From Amoebidium appalachense (Eukaryota; Protista; Ichthyosporea), in contig CAVNZM010000003.1 of the NCBI GenBank assembly GCA_963693365.1, positions 13,111,252-13,175,251 on the forward strand: a DNA stretch of 64,000 bases, written 5' to 3'. The notes under the pieces were generated by a model that was given only the letters and a program-made list of their open reading frames with translations, was not told the origin of the DNA and did not search any database. Made by a program: the position numbers and the translations under genes. Of the stretch, positions 24,667-37,336 are shown one piece after another; the first letter of the stretch is position 1; every line of letters starts with the position of its first letter.

Positions 24667-26612
24667 GGTTTTATTTGTGGAATTTATTGACATTAATATT
24701 TTTCTGGGTAAACACGTAGGATGGGTGTTCGGTATCGACATAACCATGTAGGCTTTGTTTCGTGTTTTAGCAGTTCGCGGTTGGCTGCCCGCACACGGGC
24801 ACTATTAGCCAATCAAAACGTCAGATTCCACATATCACTAGACCGGTTTTGATTGGCGCGGATCAGATTTCACATATCACTAGATCGATTTTGATTGGCT
24901 CGGATTGGTAGGCTTAGGTATATAAGCACGACAGCTTTTAGCAGATCAGCAAGCAACAAACACATCTTCTGTGTTGAGCACCTACAGCCCTTACAGCTAT
25001 ATTTTCTTTTCATTCTCCCTATCTTTCCCTACGCCGGTCAGCATGCCGCCGAACAAGCGCCAGGCCTCAGCCACCGCCCCTGCCGCGGCACCTAAGCGCC
25101 TGACCCGCAGCGACCTCCGCAACAGGCTGCCCAACGCTCCCGCGGGCACTGACGCGCCTTCGAAGGCCAATACCACCACGGACCCTCCGGCTACTCTCCC
25201 CTCTACCCCTGAAGTCCCTCCTCAGGCCCCGCCGTCCCCGACGGTGACTTCTCAGGACGCCGTCCTTGCCGCCCTCACCGCCCTCAGCACCCAGATGGCC
25301 GGCGTCCTGGCTGCTCTCACCAACCGCGACCCTCCCGCGCCCCCAGCCGCGCCCTCCGCACCTGGGGTGGTTTCCCCGGGGCTGCATCTCGGCCCTGACC
25401 TGGACCTACCTGCCCTGCCCGTGCCCCCCATCACAGGTGAGAACACTGGCAACATTCAGCCAGGCACACTGCCGCTTCCCCCCGCGGATGTGCTGGCAGA
25501 TTTGCGCGCCAATCGCTTCGTCGACCTGTATAAGTTCACCCCCGCAGCCCTCCTGGCCCCATCCAAGAAAGGTCAGCAGCTGCGCATGGCCGACGACGGC
25601 AGCATCGAGACTTTTCGCAATGACAAACCCGTTCCCCTGCGTTCCCTCGTCATTTGGATCCAAGCTTGGGCCCATTACATGGCCGCCAAGAACCACCTCG
25701 ACCTCCCCACGGACAAGGACGTACTTTGGACTCAGCACATCACTCGCCTCAGCACGCGATACCCGTGGGCCCAGATCCACAACTACGACGTGTACGCCCG
25801 TACGTACATACAGTTGCCCACCAGCAGGGTCGGGCTCCGATCGAGTGTCCCAACCTGCTCGCCCAACTCCACCAGGATCTCCTCCTGCCACCCACTCCGC
25901 CCACCCCGGACGCATGCCAGCGCAGTGGCTTCCCCGACCACCCCAGCTCGGCCTGTCCCATGTACCCCAAGCCCGGCTGTGGGCTTGATGGCTTCTAGCT
26001 GCCCCACAAGCCCGGCGGGGGACAAGCCCCCAACCGCCCTGGCCCGCAACCCGGCCTGGCAAAACCGGCCCGACCCGTGGATCTACCCGCAACGCACTGC
26101 AGGATTTCCACATTAACGGCCGGTCCTGCGCTAAGCAGCCCTGCCCCTTCTCCCACGTGTGCCCGCTCTGCTCTGGCACACACCCCCGCAAAGACTGCAA
26201 GCACAATGCCTAGTCTACGCGCACACCCACACACACAGATAGAACATAGGGGCTAGGAGCTAGGATACACGGGTAGTACAGGGAAACGGAGCTCGGGAGA
26301 ACGGGCCACTAGGGCTGAGTACAAATTTTCGCAGGCCAATTACGGCGCCCGCGCGCGCCAAGAATAAATGTCCCTACAAAAAGACGTTATTCTGGCCACT
26401 GCACATAATTTATCTCCCCCCCCATCCCACGAGCCTCCCCCCCTTACACTCACTTAGCACTCCCTCCCCCCCTTCTTCTAACTCTGTGTCCGCCCGCACC
26501 CCCGGCCCGCATGCTCGGGCATCCCCTGCATAGGGCCCCGATGCCCTCCCTGCAACCCTCCCTCGGGCCCAGCTGCCCTACTCTAACCCCCCGGGGCCCT
26601 GCTGCCCCCCCC
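24667..26612 (+). mobile_element. Ngaro-type YR retrotransposon copy A (5' part only: A1 repeat, frameshifted gag, start of RT region)
   Basis: Starts ggttttatttgtgg like copies B and C; TATATAA at 24919; gag homologous to 48846-50015 but disrupted; cut off by a Copia LTR at 26613. Confidence 0.9.
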
Positions 26613-28805
26613 TGCAAGGAAAGTGCTGACTTACGGCAAAAGTCCCTACTATTCTCGCCTGACTAGCAGAGTGTACACACTACAACTAACACGTACCTGG
26701 GCACACATGCATATGAATCATTATGAGAGTATACGTGGGTGATCAGGCCACTAAACTAACAGACATAAACACGTGCAGAGTGGTGCTGGGCAATGCACGA
26801 TGCCACAGCACTAACAGAGAGGGTAGTGTGGAGAGGTAGAAACACAGTTGCATGTTCTGTCAATCTACGTCTAATTTATTATGCTCGATTCTCACCTATT
26901 TATCTGCCGCAGGCAGATTCCATGAATACAGATCTATCAAAAGGTATTTGCGCATCTGATTGGCAAATACTTTGAATACTATAAATCCGACCAATCATAT
27001 AACGACACGTATATGAACGGAAATCAAACTGCATTCCCCTCATACGGTCCAACCGCAGACAAAACACCCGACTACACGGAAAACATGAAAAGCATGCACA
27101 ACAATCGTCGGATGCGTGCTTTCCTCTCGCTATCGCCAATAGCTAAACAAACTATGAATACCACACGTGCCTAATGAATAACAGAGGGCAAACAAGAGCA
27201 TGCCGGACATGCTTATGAAAAAAAGGGAGATAAAGCACAAATAAACGATCGTACCTATTAGTAACTATGTATGCTATGTGCTCGTGCAACCTGTGTAAAA
27301 CAAAGATGTGCAACTAATGAAGAATCGTGCTGTGCACGTGCGTGCGAAATGCATATGCCAACTCGTGCACTATTGTTGTATATTCTGGCACACCCCTTAC
27401 AACATTAGGGCACGAAATACTGCAACACAAAATTTAGCGAATAAATGTGCACCAATAGAAATTAACGAATAAATATTAACGAAAACACAATCACCCGCAC
27501 CCCTTGTTGCATAGCCACGAATATTCGCTCACTTCTTCTGCACCTTGCGCGATGACTTGTCGCACGTGTCCATGCCCACCATCTTCTTGCAGTTGTTGAG
27601 AGCTGCACCCCCGAGTGCTTTGGTGAGCATGTCTGCCGCCTGCTCATTGGTCGGCACGTACACAAACCAAATGTCGCCGTGACGGACGTGGTGGCGAGTG
27701 AGGTGGTACTTGATGTCGATATGCTTCGTGCGGTTGAACAACTCGGGGTTCTTGGCTATCTTGATGCAGGCCTGGTTGTCCTCGTGCAGGATGGTGGGGC
27801 TAATAGGAGGGAAGCCGCAGGCGGTAGTCAGTTTGCGCAACCACAGGGCCTCCTTGGTAGCACGGGCTGCGCTCACATACTCGGCCTCTGCGGTGCTGTC
27901 TGCCACCACGGTCTGCAGCTTGGATGCCCACAAAATGGCACCCCTAGCAGCAAGAAACACCACACCTGTCGTTGAGCGGCGGTTGTCTGGGTTTCCCGCC
28001 CAATCAGCATCTACGTAACAAACAACCTGCCCCTTGGTGTCCGCGCTGGTGGACCGGCGGTAGGTGATGCCGTGGTCAATGGTGCCCTTGATGTACCGCA
28101 GCACACGTTTGGCGGCGGCAAGGTGGGCCTGCCCGGGGTTGCTGAGAAATCGCGCAAGCACGCTCACAGGGGCGGCAATGTCCGGGCGGGTCCACACGGC
28201 CAGATACATCAGGCTGCCGACAATGGCCTGGTACACAGCTGCATCGGTGGCCATTGCTGCCACCTCCTCCTGGGTTGCTGGGCACTGGGTCTTGCTGAGC
28301 TTATCCAGTGTCATGGGTGTGTCCACAGGCTTGCAGTCAGCCATGCCGTAGCGCTCGAGCACCTGTTGTGCGTAGGGGGCTTGATGGATCTTGAAGGCGC
28401 CAGTGCTCAGTTTGTTGATCTCCACCCCCACAAAACTGCTGCCACCCTTCTTGATGTGGAAGATGCCCGAGAGCTCCTGCTCCAGCAAGTTGCCATCCTC
28501 CTCGGCAGTTACCTTGCACACCATGTCGTCAATGTGCACCACCATAAGCTGCTTGTTACTAGTGCCCGGGCTGTCTGGCCCGCGGGTGAAGAGGGAGGGG
28601 TCGGCCTCGGTGCGCACCCAGCCAATGGTGCGCAGGCCGGCAGCAAAAGTCTCCATTCACTCGTGTGCTGCCTGCTTGAGCCCGTAGATGGCCTTGTGCA
28701 AAATGCACACCATTCCCTCCTTGCCTGGTATGACGAAACCCTCAGGCTGGCACATGTAGATCTCCTCCTGCAGTGGCGCGTTGAGGAATGCGCTGTCCAC
28801 ATCGA
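26613..28805 (-). mobile_element. 5'-truncated Copia: RT/RNase H fragment, PPT and 3' LTR (~26613-27499)
   Basis: DVDSAFLN, KAIYGLKQA, VHIDD, YVDADWAG..RRSTTG, RTKHIDIKYH, ADMLTK; purine run aacaagggg before TGC...GCA LTR. Confidence 0.88.
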
Positions 28806-29764
28806 AGTAGCATACATCAGCAAACATCTCCCGGCATCTTTTTCCCGTCTCAAACCAGTCTGGGACATCCTAAACCCGTAACCCATCCTGAACCATACCC
28901 TTTGTAACCGTTATTAGTTAGAGATGACTCCAAGCTATCCCTAACCCGTCCGGCTTTAGCAGGCGATATTAAAGACATCTCTGTAAGTACGTCCTTAGTA
29001 TATCTGTAACCCGGCGAAACCCTATCCCGTGTTCCATCTGTTTCCTCCCCCAAGCATATCTTAGAGCCGTCTTTGTTATGTCTTAAACGAATCTATAAAA
29101 AGACAATATTTATGAACTTTTACTAAAAAGATATCCCCAGCATATCTGTAAGCTATCGATCAGCCGTCTACAAGAGCGCTTTGCGATCACCAATATCCAT
29201 CTTTAATACTACTTTATGTAGTTCAGACGAACATATATGGCATACTTAACACCTCTTGAATAATTTGCAGAGATATATTACAGATATGTTGTGGTTAACC
29301 TAAATGTATCCTTACGATGTAGTTATTGAATATGTTATTTCAGTCTAACACGAGTTGTCCACTTTAGGACGTACTAAAAGCAACTCACCGATAGGCTAGG
29401 GATATTTTTATTGGTACATAGTGACACAAACAAGATATGCGTGAGACGTATTTACGTCATAATATAGATTCATCATCAATTGAGGAAAAGACACAATTAA
29501 TATACACTTTAGACGGCTTTAGGACGGCCTAACGTTATATATGGTCGCTCCCATAGATAGAATAATTATATATTCATAGTTCTGGTAAGAGCACCGGAAG
29601 ATTTCTTGATGCAATTTTAAAGCCATCTTTCAGGATGTTCTAAAAGTCACACTAAAAAGACCGTCGTCATCCTTAAAGTCATCTGTTGGATGGCTGGAGG
29701 TTGTCGTGATGATATCTTAAACCCCCACCTCCCCCCTCCCCCTCCCCCCCCCCCCCCCCCCCCC

Positions 29765-30350
29765 CGGGGGACCACCACCCACCCCACATGAACCTTTGAC
29801 GATCGATGACGACGATGAGGTGCCAGACCCACAGGGTCTTTTCCTGGGGACCACCACCCACCCCACATGAACCTTTGACGATCGATGACGACGACGAGGT
29901 GCCAGACCCACAGGGTCTTGCCTCCATACTTTATTTACCTTAACAGGACAAAGAGCCGGTACCCACCTATGGGTGCTAAACATGCACATGATCATCATGA
30001 TTCATGTGCTATAAGAGCAACACAGAAACGAAACACGGAAACAACAGCAGCCATAGGACAAAGAGCCCCAGACCCACAGGGTCTTGCCTCCATACTTTAT
30101 TTACCTTAACAGGACAAAGAGCCGGTACCCACCTATGGGTGCTAAACATGCACATGATCATTCATGTGCTATAAGAGCAACACAGAAACGAAATACCGAA
30201 ACAACAGCAGCCATAGGACAAAGAGCCCCAGACCCACAGGGTCTTGCCTCCATACTTTATTTACCTTAACAGGACAAAGAGCCGGTACCCACCTATGAAA
30301 CGAAAAACGGAAACAACAGCAGCCATAGGACAAAGAGCCGGTACCCACCT
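29765..30350. repeat. Tandem duplications: ~78-bp unit x2, then ~163-bp unit x2.5
   Basis: cagacccacagggtctt at ~29824, 29903, 30069, 30229. Confidence 0.8.
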
Positions 30351-30949
30351 CTAGATGATAACGTAGCCTTATAGCTGCTGATGACTTCATGGGCCAACCT
30401 TGCCAAAACCTGTAAAGGAACTCGAGCTAAGAATTAGCTCATCCTACTTGCGAGAAGTGGGGGGGAGGGGGGGGGGGGGGGGGGGGGGACTGAGGGGGCT
30501 GACTGAGAGTGGCAAAAAAAGAGTCGACAGAACCAACCTCAAACATAGTAAGGACGGAAACCCGGACCAGAACTTATGAAGTCTAGAGAAGCAGAAAATA
30601 GCTTGAACGATCGGTGGAGGGGATGATAGCTACAGTGCTAACAGCAAAAGTAGTGCCCACAGTCGCTGGTTCATGAACGTGAAAGGCAACGTGCATCTGC
30701 AGCCAGCAGACACACGCACACGCACGCACACACACACACATACACACACACACAGAGAGACACAGACACACTGTCAGACATAAACACAGGACGGACACAG
30801 ACCAGACAGACAAACGCCATACGCACAAAAGCAGGCAACACAAAACTAACCTTCAAAGGGCCTTTCAGCCGTTAGGCGAAGAAGCTGCAGCATGCAGCAT
30901 GGTCCAAAACAGTCAGCACGGTGGCTGCGCGATCTGCGGAGGGGATCTG

Positions 30950-31052
30950 TGACCAGGCGACCTGCGGGAAGGGAACTGCGACCAGGCGACCTGCGGGAAG
31001 GGACCTGCGACCAGGCGACCTGCGGGAAAGGACCTGCGGACCTGCGGGAAGG
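30950..31052. repeat. GC-rich minisatellite, ~30-bp unit x3
   Basis: gaccaggcgacctgcgggaaggg repeated. Confidence 0.8.
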
Positions 31053-31474
31053 GGGAAGAGAAATGGAGCAAACAACGTGCGTACAGGCTTAAATGGAGAA
31101 AAAATTGCAAACCGGATTGGGATTTAGCCAATCACTATTCGCCGCGCCTGATTAGGGAAAAGATAAAAATAGATTTCGGCTCGCGCGCGCGCGTGCATCA
31201 GCTTGGTGCCCTTAGCGCTACCCTTAGTGCCCTTAGTCACAACTATCAGACTATAGTTATTGTATGTGTCCTCCACTTCTTTGTTCTTGACCATTTTTTC
31301 GGCATGAAAGGGTTTCTGTTACTTCTTGCTGTCCTTCTTAGCGTGCTTGCTTGTCTTTTTTTCAACATGGGTGTCACTGGCGCTTTCGACTTCTTTGAAA
31401 TCACACACACACACACACACACACCCACACACACACACACACGCGCGCGCACGCACACACACTCACACATGCAC

Positions 31475-31506
<32 letters not shown>

Positions 31507-31828
31507 GGCGCGCACACACAGGCACGCACACACACACAGGCGCACACCTACACAACACACACAGCACATGCACACACAAGCGCACACCCTGTTATCCCTG
31601 ATCATGATGCCCCCTCCCCCCTCCCTCTTCCCCCCCCGCGCACCCCCCCCCCCCCCCCCCCCCCCCACCCACCCCACCCACCCACCTACAAAGACGAAAA
31701 CATTGTACATGTATTGCATACACAAATATACTCGCACATATACATACACACATTCACTTTAATCTTTCAGGCTACATGTGCAATATACAATGTCATTAAT
31801 TATGCACAGTCGATAGAATTCGTTGTGA

Positions 31829-31864
<36 letters not shown>

Positions 31865-31948
31865 TCGTTCCCCCCATATGCAATGGGGATAATATTGTTT
31901 CCCGCTATTAATTAAAAAATCACCGTTCTAACTTCATAAGACCGAACC

Positions 31949-32091
31949 GGGGGTTTACGCTGTTTACTCGAGGCAAAGAGAACCAGTCTCAGGTATAGGG
32001 GGGGGGGGTTTTGCTCGGAATATCCCCTCAGCGGTATATCATGATCACGTACATAGATGTCGGGTGGTGACTATATATCAGGGTTTACTTT
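31949..32091 (-). mobile_element. Isolated ~140-bp 3' terminus of the non-LTR family
   Basis: Near-identical to 17384-17524; no TSD found. Confidence 0.8.
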
Positions 32092-32267
32092 ACTTGTAAC
32101 ACCGACAGTTTCGGTTGTGTGGAACCCCCCCCCCCCCCCCCCCCCTCCCCCCAACCCACCCACCACCACCTTACCAATATTGAGGTGTACACTGCCCCCA
32201 CATCCCCAACTGTGTGCTGAATATCCCGTGCTAGGAAACAAATAACGTGAAAGTAACACATGCCGCA

Positions 32268-33224
32268 TGTGGGTAGTTATTGAAAAAACCAATAATGTCT
32301 AGGTAACATACTATGTACATATACTATGCTACAAAGGGGGTTCTATACGAGCTACAACGTTGTGTTTTTTTCGTGTGACCCTCGTACTCCAGGGGCACAT
32401 TCACCATCCCCCCCATAAACTTTGTGGTAAAGTTCTCGTGCTAGAAGCTGTTCTGTGGGTAGTTATTGAAAAAACGAATAATGTCTAGGTAACACATGTA
32501 CATATACTATACTACAAGAGGGGTTCTATTCGAGCTACAATGTTGTGTTTTTTTCGTGTGACCCTCGTACTCCAGGGGCACATTCACCATCCCCCCCATA
32601 AACTTTGTAGTAAATCTCTCGTGCTAGAGGCTGTTCTGTGGGTAGTTATTGAAAAACCAATAATGTCTAGGTAACATATGTACATATACTATGCTACAAG
32701 GGGGGTTCTATACGAGCTACAACATTGTGTTTTTTTCGTGTGACCCTTGTACTCCAGGGGCACATTCACCATCCCCCTTATAAACTTTGTGGTAAATGTC
32801 TCGTGCTAGAAGCTGTTCTGTGGGTAGTTATTGAAAAAACCAATAATGTCTAGGTAACACATGGACATATACTATGCTACAAGGGGGGTCTATTCGAGCT
32901 ACAACATTGTGTTTTTTTCGTGTGACCCTCGTACTCCAGGGGCACATTCTCCATCCCTCCCATTAACTTTGTGGTAAATTTCTCGTGCTAGAAGCTCAGC
33001 CGCTGTGGGTAGTTATTGAAAAAACCAATAATGTCTAGGTAACATACTATGTACATATACTATGCTACAAGGGGGGTTCTATACGAGCTACAACGTTGTG
33101 TTTTTTTCGTGTGACCCTCGTACTCCAGGGGCACATTCACCATCCCCCCCGTAAACTTTGTGGTAAAGTTCTCGTGCTAGAAGCTGTTCTGTGGGTAGTT
33201 ATTGAAAAAACGAATAATGTCTAG
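32268..33224. repeat. ~182-bp satellite, left block (~5 units)
   Basis: Unit gtgggtagttattgaaaaaaccaataatgtctaggtaac...ctcgtgctagaagctgttct. Confidence 0.95.
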
Positions 33225-33897
33225 TCTATGAAAACTACTCCGGGACGTGTGTTGCCTCTAGGGGGACATCCCCTTGGACGAAAGTGAACCTGCAATGGTT
33301 GTAAACCACGGCAGGCCCCCAGTCATCAATTTATTGATCCGTGAGGTCCTTGTGCCCAAAAAACGGGGGAAGTCTTCGCCCCGTGAAAAAACAGCACGTA
33401 TGTGGGGATCAATGGGGGTTGAGTGTAGGGTGTAGGTGGGTGGGTGAAAAGAAAATATAGCTGTAAAGCTGTAGGTGCTAAACACAGAAGATGTGTTGTT
33501 GCCTGCTGATCTGCTAAAAACTGTCGTGCTTATATACCTACGGCTACCGAACTGAGCCAATCAAAACCGATCTAGTGTTATGTGAAATCTTATCCTGAGC
33601 CAATCAGACTCGGTCTAGTGATCTGTGGAATCTGATGTTTTGATCGGCTAATAGGTGCCCGTATGCGGGCAGCCGAACGCGAACTGCTAAAACATGAAAC
33701 AAAGCCTGTTGATATCGGACACCCATCCTACGTGTTTACCCAGAAAAATATTTATGTCAATAATTTCCACAAATAAAACCTCTATGAAAACTACTCCGGG
33801 ACGTGTGTTGCCTCTAGGGGGACATCCCCTTGGACGAAAGTGAACCTGCAATGGTTGTAAACCACGGCACGAGAGCAGCATGCTTGCTCCAAAGGTT

Positions 33898-34929
33898 TCA
33901 CTTAAGAATAGAGGCGAATACACGTGTGGTAGTGGCAGCAATGGAGGCCGGACGAAGTCGTGTATAGATCAGGAAACAGTCGGAGGACCACCTGCCGAGT
34001 TGTTTGATCCGGGAGTCGTCGACCCCGGCCTCAGCCAGTGCTGTGGCCCCCCCGATGCGGAGGCTGTGTCCGGCAAACCGGGAGGGTGAGAGGCCTGCCC
34101 GGGAGAGGAGGGCACGGAAGTCGGCAGAGAAAGCACTCTTGGTGTAGGGGATGCCACCGAGACTGAAGAGGGGGTCGTCGGGTTGACCGGACGTTGTATG
34201 CAGGAACTGCCGGAGGAGATGGGCTGGGGAGAAATGGGTGAGGGGCAGGGCAGCTAGAGTGACGTTGACACCTCGGGCCTGTACATCCGTCTTAGAGGTT
34301 GGCAGGTGGAGGGTGGCATGGGACAAAGTACCGGTGGGGGTGTAGGTGAAGGTCACGTCTTTCCGTTTAACGTGACGGGACGGGTTGAAAGAAGTCAGGG
34401 TCTTGGAGGTAAATTCCCCTGAACGGAGGAGACCACAGAAACCGACGATGAGGGCTGTCCATAGCCGGAGATTGGCCGAGGAGGCCTTTGTGGGGCACTG
34501 GCCATGAAGTAGGCTGAGGTGGGAGGGCAGGAGGGGTTCCCTGGTTGATGAGCGGGGTCGGATGTTGTGAGAAAGCTGCCATCTGCCCACCCCCCGTAGG
34601 AACCAGGCCAGAGACTTGTCGTGGGGGTAGGGAGCAGGGAGGCCCATGTCGAGGTGGGGCCTGGTGATGGCCGAATTGTAGCCGGTTAAGGAAGAGGCCT
34701 GTACCCCTCGTTGGGCACACCAGGTGAGAAAAAGTTGCACGGTGTGTGGGGAGGCCGGGAGGGAGGACCCGGAGGGGGATTGCAGCCGAGATGCCACACA
34801 GAAATCGATGAACACTTTCTGCACCCGGGAGTAAAAGGCCCGAGAGTCGAGGTTGAGACTCAGGGCCTGGCATTCCTGCAGGGTAGTGGTGGCTCGAAGC
34901 AGCTCGGCCGGAGCAAAGTGGGGGGCCAA
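33898..34929 (-). CDS. Tyrosine recombinase (Ngaro copy B)
   Basis: LLRSGE, SKTD, GHSLRIGGAT, GRWSSDCFLIY give the R-K-HxxR-W-Y catalytic set. Confidence 0.93.
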   Translation of the reverse strand: MAPHFAPAELLRATTTLQECQALSLNLDSRAFYSRVQKVFIDFCVASRLQSPSGSSLPASPHTVQLFLTWCAQRGVQASSLTGYNSAITRPHLDMGLPAPYPHDKSLAWFLRGVGRWQLSHNIRPRSSTREPLLPSHLSLLHGQCPTKASSANLRLWTALIVGFCGLLRSGEFTSKTLTSFNPSRHVKRKDVTFTYTPTGTLSHATLHLPTSKTDVQARGVNVTLAALPLTHFSPAHLLRQFLHTTSGQPDDPLFSLGGIPYTKSAFSADFRALLSRAGLSPSRFAGHSLRIGGATALAEAGVDDSRIKQLGRWSSDCFLIYTRLRPASIAATTTRVFASILK

Positions 34930-34958
34930 TCTGCCAGCGTTGCTCCGGAACGGGAGAT

Positions 34959-34995
<37 letters not shown>

Positions 34996-36361
34996 GCCCA
35001 AGGGAAGGGATAGGAACTCGTGGACCCAGGAGGGGAAGGGGCAGGGCTCCGGTTGCAGGGAAGGTCGGAGTCGTCGGGCCCGGGGAAGTTGGTTACGAGT
35101 AATGGCATCGGCCAGATGGTTGAGGGGTCCTGGTAGGTAGGATGCCTGTAACGTAAATTGGTATTGCATTTCCATGCGGGTGATGAACCGAATAAGTTTG
35201 GCCATCACGGGGTGGGGGGAAGACCGGGAGTGTAGGTCAGACACAGCACCCGTGTTGTCGCATAAAATACGGACATGGTGGGTGGACCAGGAGGGGGCCC
35301 AGAGGGCCACGGCGGCTGCGATGGCCAGGAGTTCAATGACGGAAGAACCGAGTTTACCCTCATGAGCATAGAGGGCTTGGGTGGAGGGGGACCAGGGCAT
35401 GAAGAACCATTGGTCGAGCCAGTGGCCTCCTAGACCCACCGATCCGGCAGCATCGGTGGCCAGGGTGGTGTATGTGGGGGGTGTGATGAGGTGCACCCCT
35501 GTCCATGATGTGAGGAACTGGTGCCATTCGGCTATGTCGGCCCGGGCGGCAGCAGTCAGTCGTATGTGGTGGTGGCCGGCAAGGTGTGGGTGGGTCCGGA
35601 GAAGGGCCCATAGGCGCTGGGAGAAGGCCCTCCCGGGGGGAACCAGCTGGGCACACCAGGTGAGTTTGCCGAGGAGGGACTGGAGGTCCCGAATGGTGAT
35701 GGTGGGCTTTGGGTGGGAAGTGAGGTCGAGTAGGTCCGAGAGCTTGGAAGCCGGGATTCGTGCCTCCATGGTGATGGAGTCGAATTCGATACCGATGAAG
35801 ACGACACGGGTAGCCGGGCCCTGCATCTTGTCTTCGGAGATGGCAATGTGCAGCTCTCGGCAGAGTTGCAGGAAGGTGGATAGGTGACGTTGGCACTGCT
35901 CTTGTGTGGGGGCGACTATAATCCAGTCGTCTACGTAGTGGCGGATGAGGGTAATACCGTGCTGGTGTGCCAGCCACTGTAGGGTGGCCGCGATCCGTTC
36001 CCAGATGGCTGGGCTAGATTTCAGGCCGAAGGGCAGTCTGGTTTCAACGTAAAAATGCCCCAACCATTTGAATGCCATTAAGTGATGGTCTTCTGGTCGG
36101 ATGGGCATGTGCCGGAAGGCAGCCTGCACATCTGCCACGGCCATGTAGCAGCCGGGGCCTGCGTCGAGAATGAGCTGGGTGACGTCCCGGGCGCGAATGT
36201 ACTGAAGTTCGTCGGGGTAGGTGATGCTGTCATTGACCCTGCTACCCCGGGGCCAGGAGAGGTGGTGGATTCGACGGTACTTGGGGGGGTTCCCTTTCTT
36301 GGTAACGGCGCCGATGGGGGAGGAACGGTGGACCGGAAATTCGTCAAAGAATTGGGCCGGG

Positions 36362-37297
36362 TGTTATAATACGTAGTATTTACATATTGTAAGATCTTCT
36401 CAGTTCGTGTTATGTTTTCATTCATTTACTTAATGAAAAAGATGTGCTCCTTGTACGTAAATTATGACATCGATCTCCAGTGTATTTGAGTACTTGTAAT
36501 CGTGTTGTGTCGGCTATATTCGTGTGTTTAGATATCGATTACAGCAACTGATTATAGGTACACGAGTCTACCCAGTGAGGGAGACACGTGTACATGTTAT
36601 GTGTACATGAATATCTTCGGTTATAACTGTGTTTTGCTGTTCGTGTTTTCTGTCCTGCTTTCTTTTCTTTTTCCTCTTTCTTCGTCTTTTCTTTTCTCTT
36701 TCTTTCTTCTCTTGTTTCCTTTCATTTAATTATATTTCTCTCTCACTAATATACGTTGAGTAGATTTATATTACTCGTTATGTTTTGATTGGTAGAAAAA
36801 CACTTAGGTTACACTTTAGCTTGTCAGGTATGATTCATAGCTTAGTCAACCACTTTTGTTTTGTGTGTTGCCGTACTATATCCAATCAGTGGACTTAGTC
36901 AGAAAATGTCTGAGTCTTTGTAGCCGATGATAGGTTAGAAACACCACCTCTTTCCTCGTTACTCTTCACCTCTTTTCTTTCTTATAGCTGTGACCTATGG
37001 TGTGTGTTCCCGCGTCTCCGGATCTATCCGGGAAATAATCAGTTAATTATGATTGGTTATTTTAGACATAGATCTGATTTCCGACTGGTCGGAAATCATG
37101 TATGGATTTAACTTAAGGGAATTTCAGGTATTTATTAGCGATCAAAATAAATTGAGTTCAATCGTGTCTAAACATTGATGTCTGTTGTGTACACTGCTCC
37201 GATCGTTCCGTGTTTTGTTGTTGTGTGTGTCTGTGGTGTTTTCACACTGCACCACTGTGTCTCTGCTTTCATCCCAAAATACTTATAGAATTTAACA
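36362..37297 (+). mobile_element. Copia-type LTR (~936 bp, TGTTA...TAACA)
   Basis: Inverted termini, AT-rich, directly followed by a copia-type PBS; start tgttataatacgt resembles tgttggaatacgt of the intact Copia. Confidence 0.85.
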
Positions 37298-37320
37298 GGT
37301 TATGGGCCCAGCACGCTTCC
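37298..37320 (+). promoter_or_regulatory. Half-tRNA-iMet primer binding site (23 nt)
   Basis: GGTTATGGGCCCAGCACGCTTCC is the reverse complement of the D-arm/anticodon region of eukaryotic initiator tRNA (copia/Ty5 priming mode). Confidence 0.9.
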
Positions 37321-37336
37321 ACTCCAAAATGGTAGC

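Noticed and set aside
28811-29700. End of a DNA transposon truncating the Copia fragment
   Set aside because: Motif-rich but I found no partner TIR, TSD or transposase in the window.
33268-33352. Hammerhead ribozyme suggested by ggacgaaag and gtgaggtcc in the Ngaro B repeat and spacer
   Set aside because: No CUGANGA core, parts in the wrong order, and antisense to the element.
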